From an uncultured Methanosarcinales archaeon (GTDB lineage Archaea > Nanobdellota > Nanobdellia > Woesearchaeales > SM23-78), in assembly GCA_964354085.1 (NCBI GenBank), contig CAYGYA010000010.1, forward strand, positions 1 to 20,005: a stretch of DNA of 20,005 nucleotides, read 5' to 3'. The stretch's first letter is position 1. Each line of letters opens with the position of its first letter. Position numbers and translations under genes: made by a program. The notes beneath the pieces were generated by a model. The model saw only the letters and a list, made by a program, of their open reading frames with translations, ran no database searches and had not been told where the DNA came from. Below are positions 8,101 through 13,942 of this stretch, piece after piece.

Positions 8101-8649
8101 GCAGAAACCGAGTATAAAGAACTGATAAGAAAGAAAGACAAGCTAGGGATAGAAAGAGAAGACGTTCTAGTAATGATTAATGAGATTGACAGCAAAAAGA
8201 AAGAATTATTCATGAGAACCTATGATGTGTTGAATGAGAACTTCAAGAAAATATTTGCTACCCTTAGTGCTAAAGGAGATGCTTTCTTTGAACTAGAGGA
8301 ATCAACAGAGACAAGCCCTGGGGGGATGACTATCAAGGTCAGATTGGTAGGCACTAAGTTCATGGACATCAGAAGCCTGAGCGGAGGAGAAAAAACCCTC
8401 ACAGCACTAGCATTTATCTTTGCAGTGCAGGATTATGCGCCAGCCAGCTTCTACATACTGGACGAAGTAGATGCAGCCCTTGACAAGCACAACTCAGAGA
8501 AATTTGCAAAGCTAATCAGGAGCTACTGCAAGAACGCGCAATACCTGATAATCAGCCACAACGACTCAGTAATAAGCGAAGCAGACAATCTCTACGGAGT
8601 AAGCATGAACGAAGACAGCATAAGCAAAGTGACGAGCTTGAAGATATAA
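5149..8649 (+). CDS. smc: Chromosome segregation protein SMC
   Basis: 1166-aa ORF with Walker A GPNGSGKSN and long Lys/Glu-rich coiled-coil arms. It also has a central hinge (GTVSELGQV...GLAIDLV), the signature LSGGEKT and Walker B FYILDEVDAALD. A GGTGA Shine-Dalgarno-like element lies about 10 nt upstream. Confidence 0.95.
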   Translation: MTRINRLVMKGFKSFANKTEMVFGDHFNCILGPNGSGKSNVLDALCFVLGKSSVKDMRAEKSANLIYNGGKRKSPSKEGSVGIYFDNKSKIFGAEFGEEVEITRIVKHNGQSTYKINTKTRTRQQIIDLLSKARINPNGYNIILQGDIVRLIEMSPMERRSMIEEIAGISIYEDKKNKAIRELTRVEEKLNEATIILAERENYLKDLKKERNQALKFRDLNDKIKQNKATVLDRKINIKKTKRDELECKIGDNNKRIDALKKDIEKLRDSIAKKKKEIEDINKEVEEKGEKEQVALHKDIEKIKVETALNKQRIQTVEGEIKKINDRTVELNNSYKELLDKITILENNKKELEGRIKTNEKDLGLVEKSIVDFRKKNKLEDAQKIDTDVTEIDKKADAIQEEVHKLREKQQELLREKDRLDLKIQSIDDKIEKVLGIEKENKVSLEKLKSNRESLKKKENELTKALDYDASLATQLGDARDKHLAKKEEESGMRARSVSIRESMEGGFALKRILELKANGTIKGIIGTVSELGQVKEEYALALEVSAGPRLSSVVVETDEIAAKCIKYLKENKLGIATFLPLNKLKPREVRDGLRKLEKPGVIGLAIDLVTFPEKYRKVFEYVFGSTLVVETVETARKVGVGEERMVTLTGDLIETSGAMQGGFRQRKKGIGFQDKEINEKLKSLEAEIKDLSNIIANLDVKKKNNETRIEDLRKEKAEHEGEVIKLEKTLHLDSADLDANKKEKEGIAGELANINTESEKIRKELIDKNKELTNLKEQKQKLREELARLKSPALLAELNSFEQKKTELKEELSKLHLEIKNNDIQHSTILGPEGGKIQQILKQHEKEKTDFSREKKEVQELIQTQELELKEKEKNQAQFFAQFKALFTKRTKLSEEINKLEAEIIIKDNGTREHEQKNNITGLENAAIKAELAGLEQEFRQYEGVPLFKEKSDEDMEKEIRQFEKMMSDIGAVNMKALEIYEKAETEYKELIRKKDKLGIEREDVLVMINEIDSKKKELFMRTYDVLNENFKKIFATLSAKGDAFFELEESTETSPGGMTIKVRLVGTKFMDIRSLSGGEKTLTALAFIFAVQDYAPASFYILDEVDAALDKHNSEKFAKLIRSYCKNAQYLIISHNDSVISEADNLYGVSMNEDSISKVTSLKI

Positions 8650-8669
8650 TTGTAATTTTTCTTTTATCT

Positions 8670-9578
8670 TTATATATAAACAGCCATTAATGGTCCGTTC
8701 AAGTCAAAAATTAAATTAAGAATCCGATCTAGCAGGTTAATAATCTTTATTTCTTTTTTTGAACACGAAATTGATATCTGATCTAGTCTTTTTTGCATGG
8801 TTTCTTTGTTTTTTCCAAAGTCAACAATTTTGCTCAATTCAAATGTATAGAATAAATCATAAAATGACTTCTGAAACCCAGAAAGATCCTTTATGAAAGA
8901 TTTTATTTTATTATCTACTTTGATCTTGTTTGCAGAAACATACTCGCATAAATCTCTATACCTGTCAACAACTTTTTCTGATTGTTCAATAATGGTGTAT
9001 AACGGGGCTGTTCTTCTGGATTCTGTCTCAAGACCCAGATTGATTGCTCTTCTGCAGTAATCTGCACATTTATCAGACTCAATTTTCATCAAGGTGATGT
9101 TTTTCAGCCAGTCAAAATCATCCTTATTAATAGCCTCAGCAACTTCCGAGGCAATATTGCTTAAAACAAAAAAAAACCTTCGGAGTACATTATCAAACTC
9201 TTCAAAGCAGGTTTGCGATATATTCTTGATAGTTATGCTGTTTTTGGTCTGGTTTATTATCTCAAATCCAGAGAATTGCTCTCTCATCAAGTTCTGAATT
9301 GATTTTAGCTCTTCAAACGAATCAAAGGCAATATGGACCTCATCATATCCTGACTTGAAGGCAGATCCGATTATTTTCCGTATCATCGGTTGCGCATTAG
9401 AAACGTTCAAATCTATTTTTTTATGCTCGTAATGTTTTTTTGTAGTAATAGCAAGCTTTCCTTTGAACTCATCTAATTCTATTTCATCACCTTTCTTTAG
9501 ATTATTTTCCTTAACCCATTTTCTAGGTAATGAAACTGTCAATGAGGACAAGCCATGCTGGATTAATTTCCTTCTCAT
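8670..9578 (-). CDS. AbrB/SpoVT-domain plus PhoU-like regulator (archaeal phosphate-uptake-regulator type)
   Basis: The N-terminus MRRKLIQHGLSSLTVSLPRKWVKENNLKKGDEIEL is a typical AbrB/SpoVT swapped-hairpin domain. The remainder is helical and PhoU-like. I chose the ATG at 9578 rather than the ORF-track TTG at 9629, because TTTATAAA (9601-9608) is centred about 27 nt upstream of 9578. That fits a leaderless arrangement. Confidence 0.7.
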   Translation of the reverse strand: MRRKLIQHGLSSLTVSLPRKWVKENNLKKGDEIELDEFKGKLAITTKKHYEHKKIDLNVSNAQPMIRKIIGSAFKSGYDEVHIAFDSFEELKSIQNLMREQFSGFEIINQTKNSITIKNISQTCFEEFDNVLRRFFFVLSNIASEVAEAINKDDFDWLKNITLMKIESDKCADYCRRAINLGLETESRRTAPLYTIIEQSEKVVDRYRDLCEYVSANKIKVDNKIKSFIKDLSGFQKSFYDLFYTFELSKIVDFGKNKETMQKRLDQISISCSKKEIKIINLLDRILNLIFDLNGPLMAVYI

Positions 9579-9600
9579 GCTCAACTGTAACCTGTTCTGA

Positions 9601-9608
9601 TTTATAAA
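9601..9608 (-). promoter_or_regulatory. TATA box for the AbrB-PhoU gene
   Basis: TTTATAAA lies 23-30 nt upstream of the ATG at 9578 on the minus strand. Confidence 0.4.
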
Positions 9609-9680
9609 TTTTTCTAAAAATGTATTCAAAACACATTATGTATACATTAAATTTAATAATGTACTTCATATAACTAGGTT

Positions 9681-10166
9681 GTGATTAAAATGATACTTAA
9701 CGATTTAATATACCACGCGGATTCTGAGAGCTTAGTTAAAAAATATCCTTTTATGAAAAGAATATTATCCTTAGAAGGTTTCTACTCAAAAGAAGATATA
9801 GTTGTTCTTGAAGGAATTATTAATTCTGAATTATTAGAAAGGCCGTCTCATTATACTAAATATCGTTCGGATGATGGACTTCCGGCTTACAGAATTTTTT
9901 CAGAAAATCCATTGATGCCAGATAAAGAGGGGCCTGTACCAACATATGCTGTACAAGGAGAGACGATTAAAAAATTAGGATTAGAATACCAATTAGTAGA
10001 TAAAGAATATATTGAGGATGACTATGATGCAGAAGTCAGATTAAATCCCTACCCGCTTTCAATAAAAAAAGAGTTATCTCTTAAACACGTAGAAAACCCA
10101 GATTATATTGTATGCAGAGACAGAAAAGTAAATCAATTGAAGTTTGATGTTTATAGAAAGGAGTAA
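9681..10166 (+). CDS. Hypothetical protein, A-type member 1 of the cassette (KYPF-motif family)
   Basis: 161-aa ORF starting at GTG 9681, with an alternative ATG at 9690. It is paralogous to 10523-11002: KKYPFMKRIL...VLEGIINSELLERPSHYTKY...ENPDYIVCRDRK aligns with EKYPFLRKMM...VIETVINQEILEMRTHSKTSY...CDPDFIVIRERK. No known family was recognised. Confidence 0.7.
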   Translation: MIKMILNDLIYHADSESLVKKYPFMKRILSLEGFYSKEDIVVLEGIINSELLERPSHYTKYRSDDGLPAYRIFSENPLMPDKEGPVPTYAVQGETIKKLGLEYQLVDKEYIEDDYDAEVRLNPYPLSIKKELSLKHVENPDYIVCRDRKVNQLKFDVYRKE

Positions 10167-10176
10167 ATGATTGAGA

Positions 10177-10530
10177 ATGCCAAAATACAAAATACCTAAG
10201 CAAGGGATAATAAAAGAGCTTGAAGAAGTGAAAAATGGCAAGCTTGAAGAGTTGCTAACAAAAAAAGAATTTCAGCAATTATTTGAGAAGTATCCTTACT
10301 GCCGTGATTTCTTACGAAAGTATGATAAGCCTGTCAGAGAGGTCAATGTAGAGCAAATCAGGCCAGATATTATGGAAGGAAGCCAATATTCCTACGATTC
10401 AGGATTCAATTACTTCTCCAGCACAATGAAGCACCAGGATATGTATATACATTGCTTTGATATATGGCAAGAAGAATCTGACAAAGACACAGAAATAACG
10501 TTTTATATCCCGGAGGCACAACATGGTTAG
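10177..10530 (+). CDS. Hypothetical protein, B-type member 1 (MPKYKI N-terminus plus KYPY motif)
   Basis: 117 aa counted from the ATG at 10177 (the ORF track starts at TTG 10171). An AAGGAG Shine-Dalgarno lies upstream. The start is 11 nt after the stop of the previous gene. The first 18 nt are identical to the start of 11007-11918. The segment FEKYPYCRDFLRKY...VNVEQIRPDIMEGSQYSY aligns with the N-terminal half of the A-type proteins. Confidence 0.7.
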   Translation: MPKYKIPKQGIIKELEEVKNGKLEELLTKKEFQQLFEKYPYCRDFLRKYDKPVREVNVEQIRPDIMEGSQYSYDSGFNYFSSTMKHQDMYIHCFDIWQEESDKDTEITFYIPEAQHG

Positions 10531-11002
10531 CGACGATGAAATGAAAAAATGGGAAGAGAAATACCCTTTTCTGAGAAAAATGATGAACGGCCCGGTTGTG
10601 AAGACTGAAAAAGTAATTGAGACAGTCATAAACCAGGAAATTTTGGAAATGAGAACCCATTCAAAAACATCATATGAAGGGCAAGAGGTGGCGTATAAAG
10701 AAGAATTATATCTGGAACATCCACGTAATGGGAGTAATTTTATACTTATTCCTGATATTGCTAATATATACAGAGGGCTATTAACTTGGTGTGTAAAAGG
10801 AAGAGATGTTAACATGCTTGGGCTAGAGCATGTCATAATTTCAAGCCTATATGATTATCACGATGAACCTTTTTATTCAGGTTATGATTGCTTAAGAGAA
10901 GAGCCACAACTTATCAAAGATGAAGTTTGCGACCCGGATTTTATAGTTATTCGAGAACGAAAATTTGATGCTGGTTCTTATATCATCGCTAGGAGGAGTT
11001 AG
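10523..11002 (+). CDS. Hypothetical protein, A-type member 2 (KYPF-motif family)
   Basis: 159-aa ORF. Its start overlaps the upstream stop (ATGGTTAG, 8-nt overlap) and is preceded by GGAGG. It is a paralog of 9681-10166. Confidence 0.75.
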   Translation: MVSDDEMKKWEEKYPFLRKMMNGPVVKTEKVIETVINQEILEMRTHSKTSYEGQEVAYKEELYLEHPRNGSNFILIPDIANIYRGLLTWCVKGRDVNMLGLEHVIISSLYDYHDEPFYSGYDCLREEPQLIKDEVCDPDFIVIRERKFDAGSYIIARRS

Positions 11003-11006
11003 AAAC

Positions 11007-11918
11007 ATGCCAAAATACAAAATAGAACTTTTTCATGGTGAGCCTGGCTGTGGCTGTGGTTGTTTTGACAATGACCTTAACATTGCAGAACAGAATTTCA
11101 CCAAAGCATATTACTTTTTTGGGACTGAGGAGCAGGCAGAAAAAAAGCTAGCTTGGTACAAGGAAACTGCATGTCCTTCTTACGGGAACCATTGGACCTT
11201 GACCGAAGAAGTAAAGAAGCCTCGCCTGGTTATAGTCTCTGGCCCATCAGGAGTTGGTAAAGGGCCTATTATTGATTGGGTGAAGAGGTTATTTTTTAGG
11301 GATTTGGATTTACGTCAGGTGAATGTAAGAAAGACAAAGACAGAAAGACATAATGGGAATGAAGAGGACTTGGGCTTCGTTGGGGTAGGGAGAGAATATT
11401 ATTCTTTTGATTGTAGAGGAGCACAACAGAGAATAGATTTGGATGAGCTGAATTCAGCATTAGCAAAAAACAATGTTGTCTTGCTTGAAGTTTATTATAA
11501 GGCACTTGATTTCTTGCAAGAAAGATACGGACTTCATACTGATTTTACTCCAGTATTCATTTCTCCGTTGAGGCTAGAAGAAATAAAAGAACTTCGTGAA
11601 AAAGAAAAAAATTTAGAAGACTATCTGCCTGGCCTGATGCTTGAATCTCTAAAAACAAGAGCAATGAAGGATGGAAAAGGATTAACAAATTCTCTGGTGA
11701 GTGAATTAGAGCTTAGAGCCAACGATTCCATTGATGAAATGAGATTTGCCCATAACTATGAGTATGTTATCCCAAATAGCTGTTATGAGTCAGATGCGAG
11801 ATGGAAAGCTCCTTTTATTGTTGGAGAGCCATTGAAAGTTGTTAAGTCTTTAAATGATATAATCGAAACAGGAAGCAGCGTTTATGCACTTAATGGAAAA
11901 GAATTTGGGTTGTTTTGA
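11007..11918 (+). CDS. Guanylate-kinase-like P-loop protein with a novel Cys-rich N-terminal domain (B-type member 2)
   Basis: 303 aa counted from the ATG at 11007, which sits 4 nt after the upstream stop with a strong AGGAGGAG Shine-Dalgarno. The ORF-track start at 10965 lies inside the previous gene. The N-terminus is MPKYKIELFHGEPGCGCGCF. The C-terminal roughly 220 aa resemble Gmk:
- LVIVSGPSGVGKGP resembles bacterial Gmk LIVLSGPSGVGKGT.
- KTKTERHNGNEED...YYSF resembles TTRxPRxGExxGxxYxF.
- NYEYVIPNS resembles YDYVVxND. Confidence 0.7.
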   Translation: MPKYKIELFHGEPGCGCGCFDNDLNIAEQNFTKAYYFFGTEEQAEKKLAWYKETACPSYGNHWTLTEEVKKPRLVIVSGPSGVGKGPIIDWVKRLFFRDLDLRQVNVRKTKTERHNGNEEDLGFVGVGREYYSFDCRGAQQRIDLDELNSALAKNNVVLLEVYYKALDFLQERYGLHTDFTPVFISPLRLEEIKELREKEKNLEDYLPGLMLESLKTRAMKDGKGLTNSLVSELELRANDSIDEMRFAHNYEYVIPNSCYESDARWKAPFIVGEPLKVVKSLNDIIETGSSVYALNGKEFGLF

Positions 11919-11919
11919 T

Positions 11920-13113
11920 TTACTGAATCATCGCATCTATTGTCTCTTCTATTTCCTTGGCTGTCTTGTCCCAGTTGAATTTTTTCTCAACAGTCTTCCT
12001 GGCTTCAAGGCTTATCTTTTTTCTAAGAGTTTCTTCTCTTATCAGGAACATTATCTGCCTTGCCAAATCATAGGAGTTCCTTTCCTTGAAGAATAATCCG
12101 TTAACCTGTGGCTTGATATAATCCCTTACAAATCCTACTTTTGTAGCTATTACTGGCACTCCGCAGGCCATGGCTTCAAGAGTGGCTAGGCTGGTTGTTT
12201 CTGTAAGGCTGGGCAGGCAGTAAATATCCATCGCCTGAAGATAGGGAACAACATTATTAGTGGCTCCAGGTAGTATTACACCATCTACTTGGATGAGTTT
12301 TTTCTTTATGCTCTCAACTCCTTCACCTATTATGAGCAGCAGGGTTTTGGGATAGGTCTTTTTAACAATAATAAAAGCTCTGAGCAGGGTTGGCAGGTCT
12401 TTTTCTCTTCCAATCCTTCCGTGCTGCCCTATTACAAACACTTCAGGGTCCAATCCAATCTTCTTCTTAGCATCTGACTTGCTAGTTGGAGGAATAAATT
12501 TTCTTGTGTCAACACCAAGATGGATTACTTTCTTCTTTGTGTTAATCTTTTGCCAGGACAGCATTTCTCCAATGCTCTCAGCAGGCACTATTAGCAGGTT
12601 AGACTTCTTGTAAATCCTTCTCACAACGCTCTTAGTCACCTTGGAAAGATATTTCTTTAATAAGGTCAAGCCCATTGCCCTTGTGACAAGCTCCCATTCT
12701 ATTGAATGTATGAAGGAGACAACTTTTTTCTTGTTTTTCTTGGCAGCAGTTATTGTGAGAAAGCCAATAGGACCGATTGTTTGTGAAAAAACAATGTCAT
12801 TTTTCTTTACTTCTTTCTTAATAATGTCATATCTTATTTTTGCAGGATTAAAATCGCCAACTCTAAAAGTTTGTATAGGAATCTTAACTATTCGCACTGA
12901 ATCCTCCCATCCAGTATCATAATGGCCAAAGTCTGGAGCAATCACTGTAATATCATATTTGTCTTTTAGCCTCGGGATTATCTCAGATAAGAATCTGGCA
13001 ATCCCATCCCATCTTGGGAAGAAATTATCAGTGGCAATCAACAGCCTTTTTTTCGCTCCTATTTCTTGCTGCTCTTTTCCTTTGCCAACAACACCTTTTA
13101 CAGCTTTATCCAT
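11920..13113 (-). CDS. Glycosyltransferase, GT4 (GT-B fold) family
   Basis: 397-aa ORF. It has the C-terminal retaining GT-B motifs GRIGREKD, LLIIGEG and PSLTETTSLATLEAMACGVPVIATKVGFVRDYI. The N-terminus LLIATDNFFPRWDGIARF is typical of GT4 enzymes. Confidence 0.85.
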   Translation of the reverse strand: MDKAVKGVVGKGKEQQEIGAKKRLLIATDNFFPRWDGIARFLSEIIPRLKDKYDITVIAPDFGHYDTGWEDSVRIVKIPIQTFRVGDFNPAKIRYDIIKKEVKKNDIVFSQTIGPIGFLTITAAKKNKKKVVSFIHSIEWELVTRAMGLTLLKKYLSKVTKSVVRRIYKKSNLLIVPAESIGEMLSWQKINTKKKVIHLGVDTRKFIPPTSKSDAKKKIGLDPEVFVIGQHGRIGREKDLPTLLRAFIIVKKTYPKTLLLIIGEGVESIKKKLIQVDGVILPGATNNVVPYLQAMDIYCLPSLTETTSLATLEAMACGVPVIATKVGFVRDYIKPQVNGLFFKERNSYDLARQIMFLIREETLRKKISLEARKTVEKKFNWDKTAKEIEETIDAMIQ

Positions 13114-13131
13114 GCTTCCTTACCTTTTTTA

Positions 13132-13818
13132 TTATCTTATCTTATAAAATACCTCTGCATATTTCATGTTGTATTTAATACCATTGAGAGTGTCTCTAAT
13201 ATATATTAGGAAAAACAGGAAATTATTCAACACAAAGTAATTATAGAAGTTTGACAAGTCTATCTGGCTCTTGAAAGCTTTCAAAGCCTTGATTTTGATC
13301 TTGAAAGTATCAGAGGTGTCAATTACTAGTTTGGGTTTGCTCCTTTTCTTAAGATTAAGCAGATTCCAAACTTCAAAAGTGTACAAATCAGATTTAAGCT
13401 TCACTCTCTTATACGCATTCAAAACAAGCCTGAGCGCAGCTCTGTGGTCTGGGTGGGCATCATCAGAAGAATGGGTGAATATCTTGACTGGCTTAAGTTT
13501 CTCAACTATTTTAATAAAATTCTGTGCCATGCCTCTTTTCTCAAAATCATCTTCAAAATGAAACTCTTTCAACCCTAGAAAGACCACTCCGCTACCACCA
13601 ATAATTTTGTCAGCTTTCTGAGCTTCCTTTACCCTTGTCCTGCTGATAACTTCTCTGCGCAGATGAGGCTTTACTCCCTCGCCAAAAGACAGTATTACTG
13701 TATGTACCTCAAATCCTTCCTTTGCATATTTTGCAATGGCTCCTCCTGCTCCGATAATCTGGTCATCAGAGTGAGCGCAAATCACCAGGATTGAACCTTT
13801 ACTAGTATCTTTAGCCAT
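13132..13818 (-). CDS. PIG-L / LmbE-family N-acetylglucosaminyl deacetylase
   Basis: 228-aa ORF with VICAHSDDQIIGAGGAIAKY (AHxDD motif) and the downstream HPDHRAA zinc motif. It lies 18 nt upstream of the GT4 gene on the same strand, so the two probably form an operon. Confidence 0.8.
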   Translation of the reverse strand: MAKDTSKGSILVICAHSDDQIIGAGGAIAKYAKEGFEVHTVILSFGEGVKPHLRREVISRTRVKEAQKADKIIGGSGVVFLGLKEFHFEDDFEKRGMAQNFIKIVEKLKPVKIFTHSSDDAHPDHRAALRLVLNAYKRVKLKSDLYTFEVWNLLNLKKRSKPKLVIDTSDTFKIKIKALKAFKSQIDLSNFYNYFVLNNFLFFLIYIRDTLNGIKYNMKYAEVFYKIR

Positions 13819-13881
13819 AATATAATATAGGTGGGAATATATGTTTAATTAGTTTTTGGTTTCAAGCCTTAAAAAGAATAT

Positions 13882-13895
13882 GATGCACCGGCTGG
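13882..13895. repeat. 14-nt direct duplicate of the tRNA-Gly 3' end (GATGCACCGGCTGG)
   Basis: This is an exact copy of 13941-13954. The duplicated stretch covers two 3'-flanking nt, the discriminator, the whole 3' acceptor strand and four T-stem nt of tRNA-Gly. Confidence 0.9.
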
Positions 13896-13942
13896 CAATC
13901 AGAAAACCAAAGGGTTTTCTGGGCCATCCGTTGCATCTACGA

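Noticed and set aside
5754-8402. Several long minus-strand ORFs inside smc (5754-5996, 6150-6539, 6549-7592 at 347 aa, 7623-8075 and 8220-8402).
   Set aside because: They are Ser/Phe/Leu-rich, low-complexity translations of the antisense of Lys/Glu-rich coiled-coil codons. They lie entirely within a very well-supported smc gene and show no start context or motifs, so they are classic shadow ORFs.
9579-9629. The TTG start at 9629 for the AbrB-PhoU gene, which adds 17 N-terminal residues.
   Set aside because: AbrB-type domains normally begin right at the MRRK...GSSL.V.LPK segment. The TATA box at 9601-9608 would also lie inside the extended ORF. The shorter start at 9578 is therefore preferred but not proven.
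10399-10836. Two antisense ORFs (145 aa and 84 aa) across the B1/A2 junction of the cassette.
   Set aside because: No motifs or start signals were seen. The sense-strand genes are supported by paralogy, Shine-Dalgarno elements and coupled stops and starts. A real antisense gene cannot be excluded without expression data.
10965-11006. The ORF-track start of the kinase-like gene at 10965 (MMLVLISSLGGVRN...).
   Set aside because: This extension lies wholly inside A2 in another frame. The ATG at 11007 has a strong AGGAGGAG Shine-Dalgarno and follows the A2 stop by 4 nt. It also reproduces the MPKYKI start seen at 10177.
11884-13147. Plus-strand ORFs of 62-93 aa (11884-12096, 12289-12477, 12641-12922 and 12959-13147) opposite the GT4 gene, and similar ones opposite dus, htpX, the DUF1704 gene, PIG-L and the 603-aa gene.
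   Set aside because: They are short antisense shadow ORFs within confidently assigned genes.
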